A DNA stretch of 61,663 bases, taken from NCBI RefSeq assembly GCF_001194135.2, contig NC_068996.1:44256256-44317918 (forward strand), read 5' to 3'. The DNA is from Octopus bimaculoides (taxonomy: Eukaryota). The translations under genes were made by a program, and so were the position numbers. The notes under the pieces were generated by a model that saw only the letters and a program-made list of their open reading frames with translations, ran no database searches and was not told the origin of the DNA. Of this stretch, positions 37,663 through 51,914 are shown piece after piece (position 1 is the first letter of the stretch; each line of letters starts with the position of its first letter).

Positions 37663-38832
37663 GGTGGGGGGGCTAGTCGATTAGATCAACCCCAGTATGT
37701 AACTGGTGCTTAATTTATCGAGTCCCAAAGGACGAAAGGCAATGTTAACCTGAACAGAATTTGAAATGATGATGATGATGATGATCATGATGGATTCTTC
37801 CATTGAAGACAACATATGAGCGTTCAGCTTTTTGCCGAACGATCTGCACAAATGATTTATTTATAGTGATCAAATGTATGTGCTGAACATTAGTTCACTA
37901 CCTCCATCAAATTGACGTCTGAACAGGTGTTGAAGTGATTGCTGAGTAAAGTGAGATGGAGCGTTTTGCTCGAGAACACAATGCACTACCCAGTCTAGGA
38001 ATAGAAACCATGATTTTGCAATCATGAGTGCAATACTCTAACCATTAGGGCAACAAGAGCAGCAGCAACAACAACAACAACAATAATAATAATGATAATA
38101 ATAAGGGAAATGTGAAATAAGATAAATTTGTTCTTTGTAAGGAGATATGAATACTGATATTTTAGGCTGGGGCTATTTCAACATAATATATGTGAATGGA
38201 CCATAAAAGGCTGATGCTTGACGTATCAAGCCTGTTGGCTTAATTTAACTAGTTTGCCATATTGCTTCAAATGTTTAAGTTGCTACACACTGCTTGTTTA
38301 GCTTGATCAAACATGGGCTTTTCCGGTACTGGCATTGATGTAAAAGCACATCATGAAGATATGTACATATCACAGAGAGAGAGAGAGAGAGAATTCTAGT
38401 AGCTGTCTTTTTTCACTTAATGATTGTAAATTTAATGTTTTCATGTAAAAGATTCAACATGTCAGTTATCTAAACTGAACTAAAGAAAGAAAAAAAATCC
38501 CTGCACATGCAAACATACATACAATGAGGAATGAAAAATAACCCTCTCCCCTAATAACAAAATACAAAACAAAACCGTAAAAAAAGGAAACAGTGAAAAA
38601 AACAACCCAAAACCCCAAGTATATAAATGATGGTGTGAAACAAATCACCTTTGTAATTATGTTATGTGATTTCATTGTTTAATCATGTGACTATGTAATC
38701 TTCATGGAAAGTAACATAGTTGTGAAGATACATCAAAATGTGTAATGGATTAGCATTTAGTGGTCTACTTCCCTGTCAATGATTGCTTATCTGTCATTCT
38801 ATCTCTTCCTCTTGTCATATATATATAATATG

Positions 38833-38876
<44 letters not shown>

Positions 38877-39111
38877 AAGAATAAAGTTTTGAATGGTACC
38901 ACAATGCACTATAATACAAAAAATGGACTATATACCTGTTGTAATTTAGTTTTCTATAGTCCGATGATATTTCGTAATACAATCCCTTTTTAATATATTC
39001 TTAGATGGAGTCACTGCTATTTCTGTATTCTAGTGCATTGTTGTACCATTCAAAACTTTTTATTCTTTACAAACAATACACAATGCTTCAAGTGAACTAC
39101 AATACTCTCCT

Positions 39112-39142
<31 letters not shown>

Positions 39143-40019
39143 CTATTTTTGGCATGCATATGTTGGTATAGCTTTGCATGCATATTGTTGTTGTATGTGC
39201 TTGGATGTGTGTGTGTATATATATAAAATATATACATCCTTTGATTTCTTTTCCTAGCCAAAGGTTTTTTCTTTAACCCAGTATATTTATAGCTTTTCCC
39301 CACTTTGAGTTTCACCATTCCAGTAAGGAACTTTTTCATGCGTTCTTAAAGTTTTAAAATTCTTATGACATCAACAATATATAAATATTTGTGTCTCGAG
39401 TAAGTGTCTCCTACTATAGCCATAAGCAAACAAATCCTTGTAAGTGGATTTGGAAGACAGAAACTGAAAGAAAGCCCATCACATGCATACATACATACAT
39501 ACATACATACATACACACACACACATACATACATAAATACATACATGCATACATACATATACACATACATGCATACATACATATGTACATGCATACGTAC
39601 ATGCATACACATATACATACATACATGCATACATACATACATACATATATGTCTTTATGTATGTGATTATCCCTCACCACCACTTAATGATGGAAGCTGT
39701 TTTGTTGTTGACTCATAACTTAGCAATTTGGCCAAAAGAGACTGATAGAATAAGTATTGTGCTTAAAAGAACTGAGTCTTTAGGTTGATTCATTTGACTC
39801 ATATGACTGAAACAGGTGGAAGGTAAAGGATATTTATTGTTACACTAAAAAGCAGTGCATGGTGTTAGAATTTAAAAAATATTTTGAAATGCTTTAACTG
39901 AGGAGGGTTTATGTAATGGATGTATTTCCTATTATATATAGCACAAACACGAAACATGTGTATTAAATCTTTTCAAAATATTACTCTTTGGTTTGACTTC
40001 ATTATTACAACAACATAGG

Positions 40020-40484
40020 AGGCAAAGTGGCTGAATACCTTTCGAGTGTTGGGTCTGACAGAGGCAAAGTAACTGAGTTCCTTTTGAGTGTTGGGTTTGA
40101 CAGAAGCAAAGTGGCTGAGTACTTTTTGAGCGTTGGGCCTCACGGAGGTGATGTAGCTGAGTTCCTTTCGATTGTTGGGTCTCATGGTGGCAATGACCAA
40201 GACCTTTGACATTATGTCATGCTTGAGAAGAAGACCCATCAAGCCAAACAAAATTGCTGTTGTGGCAGTTACTGGTGTCATGCAAATGGCACCTGCGCTG
40301 GTGTCACATAAAAGCACCCATTACACTCTCAGAGTGGTTGGCATTAGGAAGGGCATCCAGCCATAGAAAACCATGCCAAATCAAACTGGATCCTGATGCA
40401 GCCTTGCAGAATGTTAACCCAGTCAAACAGTCCAACCCATGCCACCATGGACAATGTACATTAAATGGTGATGAAAATGATGAT
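40020..40484 (+). mobile_element. Family B long variant with ~4 tandem 42-bp 5' units
   Basis: gaggcaaagtggctga.tacc.tt.gagtgttggg.ct.ac repeated; homolog at ~49480-49850. Confidence 0.7.
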
Positions 40485-41632
40485 ANNNNNNNNNNNNNNN
40501 NNNNNNNNNNNNNNNNNNNNNNNNNNNNNNNNNNNNNNNNNNNNNNNNNNNNNNNNNNNNNNNNNNNNNNNNNNNNNNNNNNNNNNNNNNNNNNNNNNNN
40601 NNNNNNNNNNNNNNNNNNNNNNNNNNNNNNNNNNNNNNNNNNNNNNNNNNNNNNNNNNNNNNNNNNNNNNNNNNNNNNNNNNNNNNNNNNNNNNNNNNNN
40701 NNNNNNNNNNNNNNNNNNNNNNNNNNNNNNNNNNNNNNNNNNNNNNNNNNNNNNNNNNNNNNNNNNNNNNNNNNNNNNNNNNNNNNNNNNNNNNNNNNNN
40801 NNNNNNNNNNNNNNNNNNNNNNNNNNNNNNNNNNNNNNNNNNNNNNNNNNNNNNNNNNNNNNNNNNNNNNNNNNNNNATATATATATATACATATATATA
40901 CATATATATATCTCTGTGTGTGTGTGTGTAGCGAGAGTGTGTTTGTATCTTCTTGTCTTGATATTGTACAATAGTTGTAGACGAGTGTCACCATCATACA
41001 AGCAGTGTCCTTTATTTCCTGTCTTATATGAGAACATATCAAGCCATGGGGTAGCATAACATTACCTTACTTGAAAATGGATGAAGGTTGGTGACTAGAA
41101 GGGCATCTGTCTGGCTGTAAGAGAAAATCTGTCTCAACAAATTTCATTCTGACTCGTGCAAACATGGAAAAGAGAATGTTAAAACAATGACAGTGGTGAT
41201 GATTAATGTGCATATATGAATGCTTGCATAGATACACACACATACACACATGCATGTATACATATATACAGACATGGACACATGCATACATATGTCGATA
41301 GGATCCTTTCAGTTTCCTTCTGCCAGATTCACTTATAAGGTTTTGGTCAGCTTGAGGCTTTAGTAGAAGGTACTTGCCCAAGCTGCCATGCAGTGGAACT
41401 GAACCTGAAACCATGTGGTTAAGAGGTGAACTACCTCTATGCCATGTCAGCATGTGGAAAAGTAAAACTAAAAAAACCCAAAACCTCAAGCGTACCTGTC
41501 TGTAGAATAGAATGGAACAATAGACGAAACAGAAAACAGTGGTTTGTGTATACAAAAGAATAAAGGAAAGGGGAACCATGTAGTATAAAGAGAAACTTTG
41601 GTAAAAAAAAATGTGGGGGGGAGGTTGTTTAA

Positions 41633-42226
41633 CCCTTTAGCATTTACACCAGCCATATCCAGCTAAAACTGGCCAGTTCCAGCCTCTCACACCTACCTTA
41701 CAATGTTACTCTAAAAATTGTGGAGGTGCAATGGCCCAGTGGTTAGGTCAGCGGACTCGCTGTCGTAGGATCGCGGTTTCGATTCCCAGACCGGGCGTTG
41801 TGAGTGTTTATTGAGCAAAAACACCTAAAGCTCCATGAGGCTCCGGCAGGGGATGGTGGTGAACCCTGCTGTACTCTTTCACCACAACTTTCTCTCACTC
41901 TTTCTTTCTGTTTCTCTTGTACCTGTATTTCAAAGGGTCAGCCTTGTCATACTGTATCACACTGAATATCCCCGAGAACTACGTTAAGGGTACACATGTC
42001 TGTGGAGTGCTCAGCCACTTGCACGTTAATTTCATGAGCAAGCTGTTCCGTTGATCGGATCAGCTGGAACGCTCGGCGTTGTAACCGACAGAGTGCCAAC
42101 TCTAGTCTAAAAATTATAGTCACACAGTCAAAATTTCAACACTACAAGATAATACTGAGTAAATTCAAAACAATGTGGTGGATAAATAGCCATTACTTTT
42201 TATAGAATAATTTGAATACTAAAGGG
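41633..42226. mobile_element. piggyBac-type MITE interrupted by a family C SINE
   Basis: TTAA-CCCTTTAGCATT ... AATACTAAAGGG-TTAA; a truncated copy in the other orientation lies at ~17280-17470. Confidence 0.7.
41720..42105 (+). mobile_element. Family C SINE nested in a MITE
   Basis: 10-bp TSD TCTAAAAATT (41710-41719, 42106-42115). Confidence 0.9.
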
Positions 42227-42566
42227 TTAAAGAAAGGGAACTGTTCTGTAAGAAAAAAAAGAAAAAAAGAAAGGATCTGAAAAAATAAATAAATAAAAGC
42301 TGTAAATTACAGACAGAGCAGAAACCCAGTGTGTTAATTGTAATTGTGCTTAATTAGAAAACGAGTCTTGCAGAAGAATGATACTTTTTACAAAATAATC
42401 GGCTGCTTCAATTATCCTATTGTTCTATTATTCATTGCTGATGACTTTATTTTGTTTTTTTCTTCTTTGTTTTTTTTTTTGTTATTTTTCTAAATAGTTG
42501 AGTTAACCCGCAAAAAAACTACAAATTGTACATACCTTACTCAGCACTCTGAAGTCTTTTTATTAT

Positions 42567-42611
<45 letters not shown>

Positions 42612-43257
42612 ATATGTGCATTCACCTGCTTCTCTGACCTTTGTCATTCTATCAGTGTCTGTCTGCCTGTCATTGTTGTTTTTTTTCCATATGTGTGTTT
42701 ACTTTTATTTTGTCTTGTATTTTTGGTTTATTATATCTTTGCATTGTTTCACTGGTCATTGGGTTGGTTCGTTCTTCCTATTGTCTTTCTTGTATTTGCT
42801 GTTTGGTTTTGGTCATATGTAGAAATCTCTGTCTCTCTCTCATCCTTGATCCCTCCTCTAAGATTTCTCTTCTCTGTCTCTCACACTCACCTTATACACA
42901 TATGCATGTATACATACATAACATGCAGTTCTGTAGTGGGTGTCATGTCCTATCACTTGATCTTACAGATTTTGTGAAAAAGGCCATGTGGTTGTGTGTA
43001 TTTGTGTGTGTGTATGGAGGCTTTGATGAGTGGTTAAAAAGTTCACTTTGCAGTCATATAGTCCTGATTTCAATCACACTTGATGACAGCCTTGCTTAAT
43101 GTCTATCACTATAGACTAGTATCAACGCAGACCATGGAATTGACATTGAAAGGATGGAAAATATGGAAGGCCATCATTTGAGCTGTAACTGTCATTTGAG
43201 CATCCACCCATATCACACTCTGTGTGTCATGAATTTTACCTGAAAATTGCACTAAGA

Positions 43258-43555
43258 GTGAGGGCGTGTGACCTAGTAATTAGGGCGATGCACTCACAAC
43301 TGCAATATCATGATTTCAGTTCTCTGACAGGCCAGCACATTGTATCCTTGAGCAAGACACTTCATTTGATGTTGCTCTGAAATCGCTGCGTTCTGAGTTC
43401 AAATTCTGCTGAGGTTGACTTTGCCTTTCATCCTTTCGGGGTTGATTAAATAAGTACCAGTTATGCACTGAGTTCGATATAATCAACTTAATCCGTTTGT
43501 CTGTCCTTGTTTGTCCCCTCTGTGTGTAGGCCCTTGTGGGCAGTAAAGAAATGAT
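43258..43555 (+). mobile_element. Family E head joined to a family D body
   Basis: E-type head to gcaagacacttcattt, then ttctgagttcaaattctgctgaggttgactttgcc with the 15787-type tail. Confidence 0.6.
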
Positions 43556-43945
43556 AAACATTAGATGTGTGGTACACCATGCACCTGTATAGGTAAATAG
43601 TGATTTGATGGAGGAAGTGAGCTTAATGTACACTAAATATCTGATTACTATAAACAAAATCATTTGTACAGGTTTTTCAGCAAGACACTCTGGAACCTTC
43701 ATCTGTTGTCTACATCAAGAAATGGCTTTAAACCTGCTCAGAGTTACATCTCTCTGGTTTTTCCCATTGATAATTGTTAAAGAGCTAGACTTACAGAGTC
43801 TGGGAATCAGACGGGGGCAGCACTGGACAAATATGGTGTTTTTACACCTTTTTACCATAAGAGAGAATTTCTTTCTCCATGGTCACTGCAGTGAATTTCC
43901 CTTTAGAATTTGAAATATGTCACAAGCATATTTTAACTAACCTAA

Positions 43946-43979
<34 letters not shown>

Positions 43980-44924
43980 GATGCATTGTTGCATTGCCTA
44001 GTGCTTATTCACTCCTGATTGTAAGATCTTGGTTTCAATTCCCAAACAAGGCAGTGTGTTGTGTTCTTGAGCAAAACACTACTTTGCGACCATTTCAATA
44101 TTTAATATGTAGTATATTGTGGATCTGTATCAATTTGATGAAGCCTATTGTGCTTCTGTGCATCTGTGTCAATTGCATATTGTGCATCTGTGTCAATTTG
44201 ATGAAGGGACGAATTACTGTACAACAGACATTTGATCACTATAAACAAATCATATGTGCAGGTTGTTCACCAAGAAACTACAGAATCATTTTTCTTGAAC
44301 TCAACAAACCATCACCACCATCAACAACAGAGTATATAAGTGTCTGTTGAATACCTACTTATTAATTTATACTCTAAGTGGCTAAGTTGAGAAAAAAGTT
44401 GAAATACTCAAAGGAACAGTATGTAGTAAATAGGAACTGAATGTTATAAGCGTTTGTATAACGTTTATCTTTTTGTTTTCCATGTAGAAATTTGTGTATG
44501 TTTTATATTTCCTACTTAATCCTTTTAACATTTAAACTGATCATGTCTGGCCAAAAATACCCTCATTTTCATATATCAGTACATTTACTCATTTGCATAT
44601 ATCAGTACATTCACTGGAAATTAGTGTTAATTTACTGAACTAAAACACTCCTGATGAGAATGTATTTATTTACAACATATCCATTAATTCATTAGCACAC
44701 TGCTGTGTTGCTAATGAAAAGGAATCTGGTGAATGCATTGATATGCAATTGAGTAAAAGCAGTAACTGTTATTCATCACATTTTCCATAAGAAGTTATAT
44801 AGTTCTTTCTCTCTTTCTCTGTCCATCTTTCTCTCTCTTTCTTTAAAACACAATGTTAAACAAGCTATTGGTCAAGTATTGTTCTTTCTGTTTTTCTCTA
44901 CAAAAGATCCATTTTCATTTTCTT

Positions 44925-45135
44925 CTCTGGACATAACTGCATAAAACTGACCATGAGAGAAGTATTCATTGTTTCAAACTCTGAAAGCATTTTGCATTGA
45001 GCTTTGTTAGTATGGAAACCAAAATATAGTTTGACAGGAAATTGATACATTTGCATTTGGAAAAGCAATTCACGATCACTTGGTGGCTTATACATTGCTG
45101 GGATAAATAAATCTTTTCTTTTATGGGCCCCCAAA
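44925..45135 (-). pseudogene. Helitron PIF1-type helicase C-terminal remnant
   Basis: DLFIPAMYKPPSD..LLFQMQMYQFPVKLYF..TNKAQ, then frameshifted EYFSHGQFYAVMSR (cf. QFP.RL.FA.TINKSQG / FSHGQLYVALSR). Confidence 0.65.
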
Positions 45136-45151
45136 GCAGTAAAAGCACAAA

Positions 45152-45549
45152 TAACAAGAGCACCCAGAGAGTGCAAACCTCTGCCAAGGTAACACTAATG
45201 TCCTCTCAACGATTAGCCGGAGATGATTTTTGAAATGAGATTATCTGAAATAAACTCGATTGCTCTCACAAATGGGAATACTGAAAATGAACTTGACCAT
45301 TCTCAAAAATTAAGTATAAAAACTGGAAACATAATCACAGAATCCTTGTCTGGTGCTGGATTGATCCCAAAATCTAATGCAACTGTGCCAGTCATGAGGT
45401 CAAACATCCCTGAAAGTTTCATCCGAATCCATCCAGCGGTTCTTGAGATATCTTGTGCACAGACAAGCAGACAGACAAACAGACAGACAAACAAACAAAT
45501 ATAACTGTGACTGAAAACAATACCTCCGTCTTCGCTAAGGCAGATGTAA
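45152..45549. mobile_element. Second HINE-like copy
   Basis: Aligns along its length with 29359-29723; hairpin ACCTCCGTCTT-cgct-AAGGCAGATGT; (GACA)n microsatellite. Confidence 0.6.
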
Positions 45550-46075
45550 CAATGCTGAAAGTGAGTGAGAGAATGGGAGATAGAGAAAAAGATTTGGAAA
45601 GACAGTGGGGAAATAAACAAACTGAATTTACAGAACGAAGCAGTGTTTACTTGTTGGCTAAGTTGTGTGGTTTGTAAAATTGTTTCTTAGATATAAATGT
45701 CTTTGCTATCACATCTCCTTTCAGAGTGTCTTATAGCTGTGCAAGTGTCTCTGTAGTTTCCTCTTTTGATCAAAATGGGCTAGAAGAACTTGATATGATG
45801 TATCACTTCTCGTTGTCACTGTTATATCTGAACTGTTACAAAATCAAACGTTCCTGATGTTCTCTTATTGCTCTCCAGCTGTGTATCTTCAACAAGTGGA
45901 TTTTTGATAATTTTCCTATTTTAATAATTAGTTGTTTATAAAAGGTAAACACTTTTGTTTACACCCAATTACTTATAAACATCTAATTATTAAAGTTGAA
46001 AGATTATCAGAAAACCATTTCTATTCATTTTTTCAGATAGATAATACTGTTTCAAGGACTTTCTATTTCTTATTC

Positions 46076-46124
<49 letters not shown>

Positions 46125-46471
46125 GTTGTGGCTGGGTAAGTCATTCTGTTTTAATGCCATGTTAATTAACACACTCACTGGTTTGATTTCCATTCATTTT
46201 ATTTAATTTTTTCTAAAATTTTCGTTGCTTCTTGCAATCTTTTCAATAGTTGTTGAAAAATAAATAAATAAATGAATGTAAATTGAACTGATGAGTGTGT
46301 TAATTAATAAGGTATTAAAACAGAATGACTCTCCCCAGACACACTAAAATATACTTCAACACACAAATTCACATAAAGAATCTTGCAAACCAAATACAAG
46401 AACAAAATACACACACACATATTTGCTCTTGACATGAACCCATTGGTACCCTAGTTAGCTCATAAATAAAG

Positions 46472-46502
<31 letters not shown>

Positions 46503-46510
46503 ATATATAA

Positions 46511-46555
<45 letters not shown>

Positions 46556-47536
46556 GTCTGTTGCTAGTGAAAAGAAATTGGCTAAAATTTATAATACCAG
46601 ACAACCTGTGGAAATCTATACAGGTATAAATGTGTGAAGGCGAATTTTGTAATTATAGGTGTGTATGTCGGGTGTGGCAGAAGTTGAGTCACTATATTAA
46701 AATATATGGAATGTTGTCTAGGTGTATAAATATACGTGTGTTTATGTGTCTGGATATCTATGATTATATGTATGTTTGTGTATTCATGTGTGTGCCCATT
46801 TCTGTGTGTTCATCTTGAACTCTGTGTCAGTGTTTTTCCATATTTACCTGCTATATCTATATGTCTTCGGGTATGTGTAATAAATATGTGACTATTAAAG
46901 AAATGATAATTCATTAAATTTTGATAATATATGCATAACACATTTGTATATGTGTGTGTCTTTATATGTATATGATATAATATTATGGTATAAATCCAAA
47001 TTTACAGGTAAAAAATCAATTAAATTCAATTTATCATTAATTAAAATTAAATTAAGTTTCACAGTNNNNNNNNNNNNNNNNNNNNNNNNNNNNNNNNNNN
47101 NNNNNNNNNNNNNNNNNNNNNNNNNNNNNNNNNNNNNNNNNNNNNNNNNNNNNNNNNNNNNNNNNAGTGCAGGTGCCACTTAAAAAGCACCCAGCCCACA
47201 CTGTAAAGTGGTTGACATTTGGAAGGGCTTCCAGCTGTAAAAACCTTGCCAAAACTGACCGCGCCTGTGCTTGTGCCATGTAAAAAGCACTACATCCACT
47301 CTGCTGGGAGGGGGCGGTGTGTTGTTATGAAGGACATCCAGCTGTAAAAACCCTGCCAAAACAGACGCAGAAGTCTAGTGCAGGTTTCTGCATGGCTGGC
47401 TCCTATCAAACTCTCACCTATGCCAGCATTGAAGGCAGACATTAAACGGTGATGATGATATATATGTACATATACGTATGTATATATATGTATACTTATA
47501 CACACACTCTTGTAAAACAATAATACTCTTGCTATG

Positions 47537-47579
<43 letters not shown>

Positions 47580-47900
47580 ATATGTATGTATATTTATATT
47601 TAACTAGATATACACAAGCACACACACGTATATAAATAAATATGTAAAATATATACATATACATATTTATATCTGCATATATTTGTTAACATATTTACTC
47701 GTTATTTATAAAAATCATGCTCTCATCTTGGAAGTTGACTCACCTCTCTTTGTGCGACTAAAATATTTGGTAATGTTGTTGTAGGTGGAAGTTTCCTTTT
47801 CAAATCAATAGTAGAAGGAACAACAACAACAGGCAATGCAATAAAAAGATAACAGTACCAACACCAACAGATGATCAAACTGCATTTTCAAAGACACCTA

Positions 47901-47981
<81 letters not shown>

Positions 47982-48692
47982 TATATGTAAGTTCTTCCTT
48001 TTTCACATCCTGAACAAACCTATCAGGACCCAATGACAAAGAAATAAATACCTGAGCTGAGACATACCATATATGTATTCGCAATGATCATTGAATTAAG
48101 ATAAAGCATATACCTGTTTTTTTTTAATTTCTGGTTGAATTAGAACATAGTAATTCAAGCAGAAAAAAATTAGTAGGCGAAGATGTCTGTTCAATGCACA
48201 CCTTAAAAGTCTTACAAAAAGGACAGAGAGAGATAGATAGATAGATTATATAGATAAATAGATAGAGAGAGAGAGAGACAGAGAAGAGAGTAAAACACGC
48301 TTTAGGAAATGTCCCATGTACAAGGACTACATAGAGAATGGGAGAGATGTGTGTAGGTGTGGGTGTGTTACTGTAGACATTGATATGTTTTTCCCAAGTA
48401 GAGGAAAGAAGAAAAAATTTGAAAGAATTATATGTATTTTATTAAATGTATGATTCTATGTGAATGTTCTCCCTATGGTACAGTACTGGGGAGTGAAACT
48501 GGTTTTATGCCAGTGTTTTTCAGCCGATATATTTTGTCTATACATGTATGTTTCTACACACTTGAATATGTAGAAACTTGCATGTACCATGGGAAACAAA
48601 TTTCTTACCACATAGCCATGATGTAATGTGTGGAAGAAGACAAAAATACAAAGGTAGATGAACACACACACACACACACATATATGTATAAG

Positions 48693-48743
<51 letters not shown>

Positions 48744-49313
48744 GCATGGCACCTTTGGCAAGTGTCTTCTACTATAGCCTTGGGCTGACCAAAGCCTTGT
48801 GAGTGGATTTGGTAGACGGAAACTGAAAGAAGCCCGTCGTATATATGTATATGTATGTATGTATGTATTTGTGTGTGTCTGTGTTTGTCCCTCCACCATC
48901 GCTTGACAACCAATGTTGGTGTCCCTGTAACTTAGCGGTTCAGCAAAAGACACTGATAGAATAANNNNNNNNNNNNNNNNNNNNNNNNNNNNNNNNNNNN
49001 NNNNNNNNNNNNNNNNNNNNNNNNNNNNNNNNNNNNNNNNNNNNNNNNNNNNNNNNNNNNNNNNNNNNNNNNNNNNNNNNNNNNNNNNNNNNNNNNNNNN
49101 NNATATATATATATATATAAATATACATGTTCTTTTATTCTTTTACCAAAGATATGTTTGTTATTCTTTTATCAAAGACATGTTTGTTAACACTCACGAA
49201 CCATCTCTTTCTTTCTCTCTCTGTTTTTTGCACGCACACACACACACACATGTAAGAGTATACATATGTAAACAGAGATACATTTGTTAACACTCACGTA
49301 CCATCTCTCTGTG

Positions 49314-49344
<31 letters not shown>

Positions 49345-49479
49345 TATATAAGTATGGGTTTTAACATACGTAATTGAAAAATAATGCTTCAGGAATTTTT
49401 TGTCCTCTACACACACAGCCACCCACACATGTCTACTACTATGTTATTCATCATATTTTATTTCTTCTGGTTTTCTGTT

Positions 49480-50005
49480 CTGAGTGAGTGGCTGAGTTCT
49501 TTTTGAGCGTTGGGCCTCATGGAGGCAAAATGGCCAAGCTCCTTCCGAATGTTGGGCCTCATGGAGGCATTGACCTAGACCTTTGGTATTATGTCATGCT
49601 TGAGAAGAAAATGCATCAAGCCGAGCAAAATAACAGTTGTGGCAGATACTAGTGTCACACAAATGGCACCTGTGCCAGTAGCATGTAAAAACACCCATTA
49701 CACTCTGAGTGGTTGATGTTAGGAAGGGCATCCAGCCATAGAAGACCATGTCAAATCAAGACAGGATCCTGGCACAGCCTTCCAGCATACCAGCCCAGTC
49801 AAACCGTCTAACCCATGCTAGCATGGACAACAGACATTTAATGATAATGAGTGGTTGTCTTTAGGAAGGACATCCAGCTGTAGAAACTCTGCCAGATCAG
49901 ATTGGAGCCTGATGCAGCCTTCTGGTTTGCCAGTCCTCAGTCAAACCATCCAGCCCATGCTAGCATGGAAAGCGGACGTTAAACGATGATGATGATGATG
50001 ATGAT
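49480..50005 (+). mobile_element. Two family B copies head to tail
   Basis: Long variant, then a short 3' copy ending in (GAT)n. Confidence 0.7.
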
Positions 50006-50117
50006 AAGATTGTCCTTGTCTTTCATCCTTTTGGAGTCAATAAGAATAGATAAGTACCTTTTGAGCTCTGGGCTTGATGTAATTGACTTAGGCTCTCAGG
50101 TAAAATTGCTGGCCTTT

Positions 50118-51215
50118 AACATTTAGCATCTGTTTTCCATGCTGGCATGGATTGGATGGTGTGACAGGAACTGGCAAGGCCAGGGACCACACCAGTTTCT
50201 GTAGTCTGTTTTAACATGGTTTCTACAGCTGGATGCCCTTCCTGTTGCCAACCACTTTATGGAGTATACCGGGTGCTTTTCATGTGGCACTAGCACACTG
50301 TGCTTTTTACATGGCCCCAGCAACAGTCCTTTTAATGTGGCACCATCACCAGTGATTTTTACATGGTACCAGCACCAGGGCTTTCATGTGGCACCAGCAG
50401 CAGTGCTTTCATGTTGCACCAGTGCCTTTTATATGGTACCAATACCTGTGCCTTTTATGCGACACTTGCGCCACTGCTTTTCATGTGGCACCAGCACTAG
50501 CACTTTTTGTGTGGAGCCAGCACTGACAGGATCAAGTACCTTGCAAGGCAAGAGCCCCTCAACAGGGAAGAATTACTAAAAAAAAAAAAAAGGATACTGT
50601 AAGAATCTTTCCACTATGCTCCCCCCTCTCAGTCTTTTAAACGATGATGATAATGAATGCGAGAGAATAAACTACCAACCTCTAAATGAAGCTATTTTCG
50701 TGACAAGGAAATTACTGTCAAAACTAAGTGGATTTACAATTTAAGTTATTATTACACTTGATTTCATTGAGAACGATAAATTGCTTTTAACTGTAGAGGC
50801 ATGTGGCTTAGTGGTTAGGGTGTTTGTCTCATGATTATAAGATTGTGGTTTCAATTCCTGGATCAGGCAATGCATTGTCTTTTTGAGCAAAAAACACTTC
50901 ATTTCACTCAGCTATCATCATCATCGTTTAACGTCCGCTTTCCATGCTAGAATGGGTTGGACAATTTGACTGAGGACTGGTGAAACCAGATGGCTACACC
51001 AGGCTCCAATCTGATTTGACAGAGTTTCTACAGCTGGATGCCCTTTCTAACACCAACCACTCAGAGAGTGTAGTGGGTGCTTTTTACGTGCCACCGGCAC
51101 GAAGGCCAGTCAGGCAGTCCTGGCAATGGCCACGCTCAAAATGGTGTATTTTATGTGCCACCCGCACAAGAGCCAGTCCAGGGGCACTGGCAACAATATC
51201 GCTCGAAAGTCCTTA
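50118..51215 (-). mobile_element. Two family B copies (~50118-50560, ~50915-51215) flanking a family E head
   Basis: Core motif on the minus strand in both. Confidence 0.65.
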
Positions 51216-51229
51216 CACATGCTGCGGGC

Positions 51230-51448
51230 ACGTGTATATGTTTGTGTGTGTGTTTGTCCCCACCAACATCGTTTGACAACCGATGGTGCCGTATTTACGT
51301 CCCCGTAACTTAGCAGTTCGGCAAAAGAAACCGAAAGAATAAGTACTAGGCTAACAAAGAATAAGTCCTGGGGTTGATTTGCTTGACTAAAGGCGGTGCC
51401 CTAGCATAGCTGCAGTCAAATGACTGGAACAAGTAAAAGAATGAAAGA
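51230..51448 (+). mobile_element. Family A SINE 3' half (similar partial or decayed copies at ~18075, 18375, 32945, 39390, 41295, 48745, 52290, 56312, 58840)
   Basis: tgtttgtcccc..gacaaccgatg..aataagtactagg..tail. Confidence 0.7.
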
Positions 51449-51571
51449 GTATATATATATATATATATGTACTTTTTGTTGAATACATTTTACATCTTTC
51501 ATGTGTGGATGGTGTGCTATATTACACACACACACACACACAATATCTATTTATCCATCCATCCCATCCCT

Positions 51572-51623
<52 letters not shown>

Positions 51624-51914
51624 CCTCTCTCTCTCTGGATGCATGGTGTTCAGTTACTCAATAAATGAAAAATGCATTAAATACTCCAAAACATACACAT
51701 AGGACAAACACAGAAAGACCGTAATTCTTCATCAGTTATCGACTGAAAAATACTATTGCTCAGTTTCATGCCTTTAACGATAAAATTGGGAACTATATAT
51801 CATCATCATTTAATGTCTGTTTTCCATGTTAGCATATATATATATTTATAACAAACAGATGTATTAATTTAACACTTGGGAAGTGAAAAAGACTTATATA
51901 TATGCATATATATA

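Noticed and set aside
40020-40200. CRISPR-like periodic repeat
   Set aside because: Contiguous tandem units with no unique spacers, no cas genes, animal context.
39973-40317. 114-aa ORF with repeated ELSYFASVRPN units
   Set aside because: Antisense translation of the 42-bp family B monomers.
48530-48655. Exon-like AG...GT segment on the + strand
   Set aside because: Stops in all three frames; cannot be inserted between the accepted exons.
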